This document shows, piece after piece, positions 31,991 through 41,571 of a stretch of DNA of 64,000 nt. Below the pieces are notes generated by a model. That model was not told the DNA's origin. It searched no databases and was given only the letters and a program-made list of their open reading frames with translations. The first letter of the stretch is position 1, and the number at the start of each line of letters is the position of its first letter. The translations under genes were made by a program, and so were the position numbers. This DNA is from Acidimicrobiia bacterium (GTDB lineage Bacteria > Actinomycetota > Acidimicrobiia > Acidimicrobiales > Aldehydirespiratoraceae): contig JAJEJB010000014.1 of NCBI GenBank assembly GCA_022828135.1, forward strand, positions 25,079 to 89,078. The letters are read 5' to 3'.

Positions 31991-32012
31991 CTCACAAGCA
32001 GGGAGGACTCCC

Positions 32013-33173
32013 ATGCGAAGCCGACGCATTCTCTCAGCCATTCTGCTGACCGGCGCCCTTCTGGGCGCCGCCTGCGGAGCCGACGACGACGGGGACACCG
32101 CCGCGCCGGAGCCCTCACCGACCGAGGCACCGTCCACCGCCGCGGTCGATCCCGAGCCGGCCGAGGAACCGGCGCCGGCCGAGGAGCCCGAGCCCGCCGA
32201 AGAGCCCGAACCGGTGGAAGAGCCGGCACCCGCTGAGGAGCCCGAACCAGCCGAGGCGCTGTCGGTCGCCCTCGTAGCGAACCAGAAGGCGGGCGACCTG
32301 GGGCCGATCGACGACCTTGTGCGAGGCCTCGAGATGGTGGAGCAGGACTACGGCGCGGACATCACGTTCATCGAGGCGACCGATCCGTCGACCTTCGAGA
32401 CCACCCTCCGCAACCTGGCCAACCAGGGCACCGACATCGTGGCGGTGACCTTCCCGCCCATGCAGGACGCCGTCGTCGCGGTAGCCCCGGACTTCCCCGA
32501 CACCCGGTGGATCCACATCTTCGGCTTCGAGGGAGGCGTCGACAACCTCGTCTCCATCGGATTCGACTACTACAAGGGCACCTATCTGGCCGGCATCCTG
32601 GCCGGCGCGCTGAACACCACCGGCAAAGTCGGATTCGTGGGCGGCGTGTCGATCCCGCCGCTGAACGCCGACTACAACGCCTTCGTGGCCGCGGCCCAGT
32701 CCAAGAACGCCGCCATCACGGGAGAGGCCGCCTTCGCCGACTCCTTCGAGGATCCCGCCAAGGGCCGGGAACTCGGCGCGGCGCTGTACGACGGCGGCGT
32801 GGACATCATCATGACCGACGCGGCGGCCACCGACCTCGGCGTCATCCAGGCCGCCGAGGAGAAGGGCGGCTACGTGATCGGCGGCTCGGTGAACTACTTC
32901 GACAGCCCGGCCGTGATCGGAGGAGTCCTGCTCTACTGGGCTGAGCTCCTCCACGCCCAGGTCGGGCACGCCCTGAGCGACGACTACACGCCCGGTTACG
33001 TCGGCGCCGGGGTGGCCGAGGGCGGGGTGGACCTGGTGGTCAACCCCGAGTTCCTGGCCAACGGCCCGGCGGAGATGGTGGAGATCATCAACGCCACTCT
33101 CGCCGAGATCGATGCCGCCCGCTCGCAGATCAAGGACGGGTCTCTCGAGGTTCCCTTCGATCCCGAACTCTGA
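32013..33173 (+). CDS. BMP-family (PnrA/Med-like) ABC transporter substrate-binding lipoprotein
   Basis: Start ATG 32013 after a GGGAGG SD. Signal peptide with Cys (LLGAAC). BMP-family body (GFVGGVSIPPL...). Confidence 0.88.
   Translation: MRSRRILSAILLTGALLGAACGADDDGDTAAPEPSPTEAPSTAAVDPEPAEEPAPAEEPEPAEEPEPVEEPAPAEEPEPAEALSVALVANQKAGDLGPIDDLVRGLEMVEQDYGADITFIEATDPSTFETTLRNLANQGTDIVAVTFPPMQDAVVAVAPDFPDTRWIHIFGFEGGVDNLVSIGFDYYKGTYLAGILAGALNTTGKVGFVGGVSIPPLNADYNAFVAAAQSKNAAITGEAAFADSFEDPAKGRELGAALYDGGVDIIMTDAAATDLGVIQAAEEKGGYVIGGSVNYFDSPAVIGGVLLYWAELLHAQVGHALSDDYTPGYVGAGVAEGGVDLVVNPEFLANGPAEMVEIINATLAEIDAARSQIKDGSLEVPFDPEL
32151..32258 (+). repeat. six tandem 18-nt units encoding a (P-E/A-P-A/V-E-E)n acidic proline-rich linker
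   Basis: PEPAEE PAPAEE PEPAEE PEPVEE PAPAEE PEPAEA, read in frame directly after the lipoprotein signal. Confidence 0.75.
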
Positions 33174-33192
33174 GACCGATAATCTCGCACCG

Positions 33193-34746
33193 ATGACGGT
33201 GCCGAGCAGTCCGGCATCGGCCGGAGTCCCGGCGGTCCGCTGCCGATCGCTCGGAGTGTCCTTCGGCAGCGTTCGGGCTCTTCACCGGGTCAGCCTCGAT
33301 CTCGCCCCGGGGCGGATCCACGCCCTGGTCGGCCAGAACGGGGCGGGCAAGACCACCCTGGCGAAGGTGCTGGGAGGCCTCCAGGCCCCGGACACGGGCG
33401 ATGTGCACATCGCAGGCCGCGAGATCCCTCCGGGCGACGTGCGTGCCGCACGAGCCGCAGGACTCGCGATGGTGCACCAACACTTCTCATTGCCTCCGTC
33501 CTTCACGGTCGCAGAGGCTCTGGAGTTGACCGCCGCTCGACCGGGAGGTCGTCCGCTCTACCGGCGGAACGAACTGCACCGGCGCTGGCGGGACGATGTG
33601 GCCGAGATCGGCGGTGAGGCTGTGCTGTCGACCCGCATCCGGGATCTCCCCGTCGAGACCCGCCAGTCCTTGGAGATCGTGCGGGCAATGGCGGCCGACG
33701 CGCGGATTCTGATGCTGGACGAGCCCACCGCCCTGCTTACACCGGCGGCCATCGACGCGCTGTTCGAGCGCCTGCGACGCCTTCGCGAAGACGGGGTCAC
33801 GATCCTCGTCGTGTTGCACAAGCTGCGGGAGGTGGCTGCGGTGGCCGACACGGTGAGCGTGCTGCGCGACGGCGAGCTGGTCCTGGGTCCGAACGAGATG
33901 TCCGAGGTGTCCCAGGGCCGGCTCAGCGACGCCATCGTCGGACCCGCGTCTCAGGCAGACCGCGCCGTGGGCGTGGAGGCAGCTCCCGGCGCAGAGCAGC
34001 AGACGCTGCTGGAGCTGGCGCGGGTCTCGAGCCGGGCATCGGCCTTCGAGCCCGGTCTGGGCGGCATCGACCTCAGCGTCGAAGCTGGCGAGATAGTGGG
34101 CATCGCCGGGGTGGAGGGCAACGGGCAGCGGAGTCTCGTCTCGGTCATCGCCGGCCTGAACGCCGTGACCGAGGGCTCTGTGCTCCTGGGCGGAACCGAC
34201 GTGACCCGCGCTCCTCCCGCCCGGAGACGGCGGCGAGGGCTGCGCCTGGTGCCCTTCGACCGCAACAGCGAGGGGATCAGCCGCCGTGCACCTCTCTGGT
34301 TGAACCAGTCGGCGCTACGGCTCATCGGACGGCGCCGTCGACGACTCCCGCTGATCTCCCTGCGCCAGTACAAGCGGCAGGCAGCCACCGAGATGGACCA
34401 ATGGCGGGTCCGCTACGACGCGGTCACCCAACCAGCCGAGAGCCTCTCCGGCGGCAACGTGCAGCGCCTGATCCTGTCGCGTGAGCTGGCCCCCGGACTG
34501 CAGGTGCTCGTGGCCGCGCAGCCCACCCGCGGCCTGGACTTCTCGGCCACCAGCTTCGTGCGTCGCTCGCTGCGAGGACTGCGGGACGCGGGGGCGGGCG
34601 TCCTGCTGGTGTCGTCCGACCTCGACGAGCTGTTCGAGCTCTCCGACCGCGTGCTCGTGATCTACGGCGGGCGCATCGTGGCCGGTTTCGAAGCCCCCTA
34701 CGAGCGGCGCGCGGTGGGGGACGCCATGACGGGGGCACGACGGTGA
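33193..34746 (+). CDS. ABC transporter ATP-binding protein (two fused ABC domains)
   Basis: Start ATG 33193. GQNGAGKTT Walker A, MLDEPT Walker B, second-domain LSGGNVQR signature. Confidence 0.88.
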   Translation: MTVPSSPASAGVPAVRCRSLGVSFGSVRALHRVSLDLAPGRIHALVGQNGAGKTTLAKVLGGLQAPDTGDVHIAGREIPPGDVRAARAAGLAMVHQHFSLPPSFTVAEALELTAARPGGRPLYRRNELHRRWRDDVAEIGGEAVLSTRIRDLPVETRQSLEIVRAMAADARILMLDEPTALLTPAAIDALFERLRRLREDGVTILVVLHKLREVAAVADTVSVLRDGELVLGPNEMSEVSQGRLSDAIVGPASQADRAVGVEAAPGAEQQTLLELARVSSRASAFEPGLGGIDLSVEAGEIVGIAGVEGNGQRSLVSVIAGLNAVTEGSVLLGGTDVTRAPPARRRRRGLRLVPFDRNSEGISRRAPLWLNQSALRLIGRRRRRLPLISLRQYKRQAATEMDQWRVRYDAVTQPAESLSGGNVQRLILSRELAPGLQVLVAAQPTRGLDFSATSFVRRSLRGLRDAGAGVLLVSSDLDELFELSDRVLVIYGGRIVAGFEAPYERRAVGDAMTGARR

Positions 34747-35789
34747 CCGGCGGCCTGCAACGGGTGGCGTCCACCATCCTGCTGGTCGGTGTCTCGTTCC
34801 TGCTGACCGCGCTGATCCTGTGGGTCAGCGGCTACCGCGTGGGCGACGTCTTCTCCGGCGTCATCCAGGGGTCGATGACCGCGACGGGCGCAGCTACCTC
34901 ATCGATCCGGTGGGCGATCCCACTGCTGCTGATCGGCATGGGAGTGGTGATCGGCTTCCGGGCGGGGTTCTTCAACATCGGCGGGCAGGGCCAGTTCTAC
35001 GTGGGCGCCTGCTCGGCCCTGGTTGTAACGCTGGGCTGGCGCGGGGGCCCGGCGCCGCTGGTGGTCCTGTGCGGGACGCTGGCGGCGGTCATCGCCGGGC
35101 TGACCTGGTCGCTGCTCCCCGGCTACCTGCGGGTCCGCTTCGGCACCGACGAGGTGCTGACCACGCTGATGATGAGCTTCATCGGCGCGCTAGTGCTCCA
35201 GTACCTGACCGCCGGACCCTTGCGCAACCCGTCGGGCACCGGCCAGACGGCGGCCAGCGAGCGCATTCCCGAAGCGTTCCGCATCACCGACAGCTCCGGC
35301 GTCTCAGCCACCGTCCTGCTGCTGGTCGGCGGCGTGGCCGTGCTGGTCTGGCTGCTGCTGGAGCGCACCCGATTCGGGCTGGCCATGACCCTGGTGGGCC
35401 GGAACCCAACGATGGCCCGGTGGCAGGGAGTCGACGTGCGCCGGGTGGGCCTCGTCAACTTCGCACTGTCCGGGGCGCTGGCCGGCCTCGCCGGCGCGGT
35501 CGAGCTCTACGGCCCGGCGGGGCGGCTGGTCACAGGCTTCTCACCTGAGGTTGGCTTCACGGCCGTCGTGGTGGCGCTCGTCGGCCTGCTCAGCGTCGGA
35601 GGCACGGTCGTGGCCGCAGTCTTCTTCGGCGGCTTGCAGTCGGCCATCCTCTTCCTGCCGATCGTGACAGACCTCCCGCCACCCGCCCTGGTGCTGCTGC
35701 ACGGCATGGTGGCCTTCCTGGTGACCGTCAAGTTCCGGGCGGTGCGCCTGCGCCGGACAGGACCCGCCTCAGAGGCTCCGACAGGCTGA
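34743..35789 (+). CDS. ABC transporter permease
   Basis: 348 aa, polytopic. GTGA overlap with the ATPase gene. Confidence 0.85.
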   Translation: MTGGLQRVASTILLVGVSFLLTALILWVSGYRVGDVFSGVIQGSMTATGAATSSIRWAIPLLLIGMGVVIGFRAGFFNIGGQGQFYVGACSALVVTLGWRGGPAPLVVLCGTLAAVIAGLTWSLLPGYLRVRFGTDEVLTTLMMSFIGALVLQYLTAGPLRNPSGTGQTAASERIPEAFRITDSSGVSATVLLLVGGVAVLVWLLLERTRFGLAMTLVGRNPTMARWQGVDVRRVGLVNFALSGALAGLAGAVELYGPAGRLVTGFSPEVGFTAVVVALVGLLSVGGTVVAAVFFGGLQSAILFLPIVTDLPPPALVLLHGMVAFLVTVKFRAVRLRRTGPASEAPTG

Positions 35790-36706
35790 TGGAACAGATC
35801 CTGGCCACCACCCTTCGCTCGGCCGCCCCGCTCGTGCTGGTCGCAACGGCAGGCGTCTTCGCCTTCCGGGCCGGGATCTTCCATCTCGGACTCGAGGGGC
35901 TGATGATCACCGGTGCATTCACAACCGTGGCCGTCGCCGAGGCCACCGGATCGGTGGAGCTCGGGATCCTCGCCGCCATCGGCGTGTGCATGGCCCTCTC
36001 CGCGGTGTACTGGTGGGTGATCGGGCCTCTCGGCGCCAACGTCATCATCGCCGGGCTGGGCCTCACGTCCATCGGCCTCGGGGGCACCGCCTTCGCGCTG
36101 GGAGCCATCTTCGACCGGCGCGGCTCCCTGTTCACCGACGTGGTGCTGCCCCGACCCGTGAGCGGGATCACGTCGGGTCCGGGCGTCATCGTCTCGGAGC
36201 ACTCGATCCTGGTGTGGCTCACGCCGCTGATAGTGCTGGCCGCATGGGTCGTGCTGCGGCGGAGCCGTTTCGGGCTGCGCCTCGCCGCGGCGGGCGAGTA
36301 CCCGTTCGCAGCCCGCACCGCCGGTGTTAATCCGTCAATCATGAGGCTCCAGGCGCTGCTGATCGCCGGAGCTCTGTGCGCTCTGGGCGGCGCGGAGCTG
36401 TCGGTCGGGGCGCTGCACAACTTCACCGAGAACATGACCAACGGTCGAGGGTTCATCGCTTTCGTGGCGGTGATCTTCGGGGCCTGGCATCCCATCGGCG
36501 CAGCCTTCGCCGGGTTGTTCTTCGGGTTCGCCGACGCCATCGGCATCCAGTCGCAGATCAACATCACGGAGCGGGTGCCGCGGGAATTCGTCCTGATGAT
36601 CCCCTTCGTGCTCACAATCTTCGCCGTCTGGCTGGGCGGGCTCTGGCGCCGCCGCTCCCTGGAGGCCGAGGCGGGCTACGCAGAGCTGCGGGAGCCGGAC
36701 TATTGA
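35789..36706 (+). CDS. ABC transporter permease
   Basis: 305 aa, polytopic. TGATG overlap with the previous permease. Confidence 0.85.
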   Translation: MEQILATTLRSAAPLVLVATAGVFAFRAGIFHLGLEGLMITGAFTTVAVAEATGSVELGILAAIGVCMALSAVYWWVIGPLGANVIIAGLGLTSIGLGGTAFALGAIFDRRGSLFTDVVLPRPVSGITSGPGVIVSEHSILVWLTPLIVLAAWVVLRRSRFGLRLAAAGEYPFAARTAGVNPSIMRLQALLIAGALCALGGAELSVGALHNFTENMTNGRGFIAFVAVIFGAWHPIGAAFAGLFFGFADAIGIQSQINITERVPREFVLMIPFVLTIFAVWLGGLWRRRSLEAEAGYAELREPDY

Positions 36707-36768
36707 GGGAGCAACACCCGTAGCTTCACGCTCTTCGTAGCAGCACCGATGGCCCGCAGGCCTTCCCG

Positions 36769-38226
<1,458 letters not shown>

Positions 38227-38232
38227 CTTCGA

Positions 38233-39186
38233 TCATGGGTCCTCCCGAACGCGCCGCGACGCCAACTCCGCCACCGCGTCGCCGACCAGGACCAGGTCCA
38301 GCAACTGCGCGAGTGCGCCCTCCCCGGCCGCCCTCACTTCGTGGAGGGCGGTCACCTCGCCTTCGAGCAGGTCGATGCGGTCGGTGAGCCCCGGGGGCTC
38401 GAAGTCGTGGCGCAGCACGATCGCGGTGACGCCGGCTGGAATCCGCTGGGCCAGCGTGCGGAAGGACGCGGCCTCAGCCTCATCGGCCGGGAGGTTGCGC
38501 CGCACCGAGGACACACCACCGATCCGGTCCAGTTGGTGGACCCACCGGCGGGCGGCGTGCTTGCCCACGCCCCCAGCGCCGCACACGACCGCCATCCGGT
38601 CCTGCATGCCCGCGGCCAGAGTCTCCAGCTGTGCAGGATCGGCATCGATGAGCCTGCGGCGGGCCTCGATCTGCTCGGCGCTCTCGGAGATCAGCCTGTT
38701 CATGCCTTCCAGCACACCGACGCGCTCGAGCAGCACCAGCACCGGCACGATCACGACGCCAAGTCCTGCCGCGCGGCCGGCGAACGGGTCCACCCGAGTT
38801 ATGGGAACCCCCCAGCCGGTGCACAGTGACATCAGCTCGCCCCCGGAGGTGACCGCCACCATGTGCGCGCCGCTGGCGCGAGCAACGCGGGCTGCGGCCA
38901 CGGTCGGCCGGTCGTCACCCGACTGGGAAACGGCCACCACCAGCGACGACTCTGAGAGCCAGGCGGGGCTTATGCCACCGGTGGCGAGCACCGGCTCCGA
39001 GCCCTGGAGGTGCGCGACCGACTCCACCACATCGCCGGCCACCCCTCCCCCGCCCGCACCGACGATCACCACTTCGGAGATCTCGCCGGGCGCGGGCAGG
39101 CCCTCCACGTCCGCGGCGGCCACTGCCGCGTCGCGCACCTGGTCGGGCAGGTGCCGGAGCGCCTCGAACAGGTCGTCGGTGGCCAT
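38233..39186 (-). CDS. SIS-domain protein (bifunctional phosphoglucose/phosphomannose isomerase-like)
   Basis: 317 aa, two SIS-like halves (VVAVSQSGDD...). Sits between manB and ahcY. Confidence 0.65.
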   Translation of the reverse strand: MATDDLFEALRHLPDQVRDAAVAAADVEGLPAPGEISEVVIVGAGGGGVAGDVVESVAHLQGSEPVLATGGISPAWLSESSLVVAVSQSGDDRPTVAAARVARASGAHMVAVTSGGELMSLCTGWGVPITRVDPFAGRAAGLGVVIVPVLVLLERVGVLEGMNRLISESAEQIEARRRLIDADPAQLETLAAGMQDRMAVVCGAGGVGKHAARRWVHQLDRIGGVSSVRRNLPADEAEAASFRTLAQRIPAGVTAIVLRHDFEPPGLTDRIDLLEGEVTALHEVRAAGEGALAQLLDLVLVGDAVAELASRRVREDP

Positions 39187-39201
39187 GGTGCGCGGTCGTG
39201 C

Positions 39202-39456
39202 TCAGCCTGCGCCGTCGCCGCCGGTCTCGAAGGTGGGACCGACTCCGTCGGCCTCCGCCTTGGCCAGCAGGCGTCCGTGCTCGGGATCGTCCACCGAATC
39301 GGCCTCGTCCAGCAGCATCACAGGTATCCCGTCCTCCACCCTGTAGCGGAGACGCAACCGGGGGTTGTACAAGCTGCCCTCGTCGGAGAAGTACAGCAGC
39401 GGCCCCTTGTCGCTGGGGCAGGCGAGAATCTCCAGCAGGCGGGCATCGAGTGTCAC
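39202..39456 (-). CDS. Trm112-family small protein
   Basis: 84 aa. LLEILACPSDKGPL...RLRYRVEDGIPVML pattern. Confidence 0.7.
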   Translation of the reverse strand: MTLDARLLEILACPSDKGPLLYFSDEGSLYNPRLRLRYRVEDGIPVMLLDEADSVDDPEHGRLLAKAEADGVGPTFETGGDGAG

Positions 39457-39492
39457 GCGGCCACCTCCTCTAGCGGTGGGGTCCCCCTGATG

Positions 39493-40842
39493 CTACGGAG
39501 TGATCAGCGCGAGAACGTCAGCGACTCGGGCGGGGATGTCGGCTGGGTCACCGGACTCCAGGTTCAGGCGCAGCAGGGGCTCCGTGTTCGACGGCCTCAG
39601 GTTGAACCACCAGTCGCCGCAATCGACGGTCAGGCCGTCGAGGCGATCCTGCTCGCAGCCCGCGAACGCGGCCGCCGCCCGCTCGATCATCGCAGCCTGG
39701 TCGGGCACATCGGTGTTGATCTCGCCCGATGCGGCGTAGCGCTCCAGCGGAGCGCCCAGGTCGCTGAGGTTGCCGTCGTGCCGGCCGAGCGCCTCCAGCA
39801 GGATCAGCACCGCGATCATGGCGCTGTCGGCGCCGTAGTTGCCCCGGAAGTAGTAGTGGCCGGAATGCTCGCCTCCGAACGCCGCGCCGCTGGAGGCCAT
39901 GGCCTGCTTCATGAACGAGTGCCCCACCCGCGTCCGCACCGTTAGGCCTCCCCGCTCCTCAACGACTTCCGGCAGGGCTCTGGAGCAGATCACGTTGTGC
40001 ACGATCGTCGCGCCGGGCTCGCGCTCGAGCATCACCGTAGCGATGATCGAGGTGGTCAGAGAGCCCGAGAGCGGCCGGGACCGCTCGTCCACCACGAACA
40101 CCCGGTCGGCGTCGCCGTCGAAAGCCAGTCCGGCATCAGCCGAGACGGCTCCCACCCTGCGCTGGACATCCTGCAGGTTCTCCGGTCGGAGCGGGTCGGC
40201 CGGGTGGTTGGGGAACGTGCCGTCGAGCTCAGGATGAAGGTAGTCGACCTCGAAGGGCAGTGGATCGAAGACCGCCGGAGCCACCAGGCCACCCATGCCG
40301 TTGGCGGTGTCGACCGCCAGTCGCAGCGGCTGAAGCCCGCCAGGATCCACGAAGGACAGGACGTGTTCGACGTACCGGGCCAGGATGTCGTGTCGAGTGA
40401 TCGATCCTGCGGTGACCGCCCGCGGCGGCTCGGAGGAGGCTCGGGCCTTGATCGCCTCCAATCCGGTGCCGGTCCCGATGGGCGACGCGCCAGGGCCGCA
40501 GAGCTTGATGCCGTTGTAGCCCACCGGGTTGTGCGAGGCGGTGAACATCGCGCCGGGGACGTCGAACAGCCCGGACGCGAAGTACACCATCTCGGTAGCG
40601 CACATGCCGATGTCCATCACGTCGACACCGGCCGCAGCCGCGCCCCGGCAGAAGGCCGCGGACAGCTCGGCGCCGTCGGGACGCATGTCGCGGCCTACCA
40701 CCACACGGGCCGCGCCCCTATCGCGCCCGTGGCCCCCGAAGGCCGCTCCAATGGCGAAGCACGCTTCGGCGTCGATCTCGGATCCCACGATCCCGCGGAT
40801 GTCGTAGGCCTTGAAGATGGCGTCGAGGTCGGCCACCGCCAT
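39493..40842 (-). CDS. manB: phosphomannomutase/phosphoglucomutase
   Basis: 449 aa. FTASHNP active-site serine loop, FDGDADR metal-binding loop, GGEHSGH sugar-binding loop. Confidence 0.92.
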   Translation of the reverse strand: MAVADLDAIFKAYDIRGIVGSEIDAEACFAIGAAFGGHGRDRGAARVVVGRDMRPDGAELSAAFCRGAAAAGVDVMDIGMCATEMVYFASGLFDVPGAMFTASHNPVGYNGIKLCGPGASPIGTGTGLEAIKARASSEPPRAVTAGSITRHDILARYVEHVLSFVDPGGLQPLRLAVDTANGMGGLVAPAVFDPLPFEVDYLHPELDGTFPNHPADPLRPENLQDVQRRVGAVSADAGLAFDGDADRVFVVDERSRPLSGSLTTSIIATVMLEREPGATIVHNVICSRALPEVVEERGGLTVRTRVGHSFMKQAMASSGAAFGGEHSGHYYFRGNYGADSAMIAVLILLEALGRHDGNLSDLGAPLERYAASGEINTDVPDQAAMIERAAAAFAGCEQDRLDGLTVDCGDWWFNLRPSNTEPLLRLNLESGDPADIPARVADVLALITP

Positions 40843-41571
40843 CTACCCGCCGCGTCTGTTCGGGTAGCGGCCCAGCAGGGCCCGCGTCCGGATGCGGCAC
40901 ATGTCGAGCACCAGCTCCCAACCGTCGCTGACGACCCGGACCGAGGACGACTGCCGGTTGACGACCTCGACCGGCAACTCTCGCACATCCAGGCCCAGGC
41001 GGTCGGAGAGCCAGAGAATCTCCACGTCCATCGAGAACCGGTCCATCACCGAAGCCCCGGCCAGCGACAGGGCGGCTTCCCGGGAGAAGGCCTTGAGGCC
41101 GCACTGCGTGTCACGGCCGGGACTCAGCCTCAGCAACCACCGGACACCGGCCACGGTCCGGCTCCCAGCGCTGCGCAGCCAAGACGGGTCGGTGACGGCC
41201 ACCGAGTCCGGATGGCGACGGTCGCCGACGACCACATCGGCGCCCCGCTCCACTTCTTCCAGCAGTGCTACGAGCTGGTTCGGCGCGTACGCGAGATCGG
41301 CATCGGTGAAGGCCACGACCTCGCCGGACGAGGCCCGCATCCCGGCCCGCACCGCTTCTCCCTTGCCCCGGTTCTGCCCGAGCTCCACCACGAAGTCGGC
41401 CCCCGCGGCTCTGGCCGCGGCCGCGGTGCCATCGTCGGAGCCATCGTCGACCACCACGATCTCCACTCCGCCGTCCGCCTTCACGCCGGCCAGGGCAGTG
41501 CGCAGCGCGGCGAGCGTGTCGCCGATGCGGCCAGCCTCGCGGTAGGCCGGGACGATCACCGAGAACCTCAC
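40843..41571 (-). CDS. family 2 glycosyltransferase, Alg5/GtrB-like polyprenyl-phosphate hexosyltransferase
   Basis: Start GTG 41571 (VRFSVIVPAYRE). VVDDGSDDGT, DADL and TQCGLKAF motifs. GTGA overlap with the upstream gene and abuts the manB ATG. Confidence 0.85.
   Translation of the reverse strand: MRFSVIVPAYREAGRIGDTLAALRTALAGVKADGGVEIVVVDDGSDDGTAAAARAAGADFVVELGQNRGKGEAVRAGMRASSGEVVAFTDADLAYAPNQLVALLEEVERGADVVVGDRRHPDSVAVTDPSWLRSAGSRTVAGVRWLLRLSPGRDTQCGLKAFSREAALSLAGASVMDRFSMDVEILWLSDRLGLDVRELPVEVVNRQSSSVRVVSDGWELVLDMCRIRTRALLGRYPNRRGG

Noticed and set aside
32151-32258. Possible CRISPR or intergenic repeat array
   Set aside because: The 18-nt units are contiguous without spacers and lie in frame inside a lipoprotein gene. 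This is a coding low-complexity linker.
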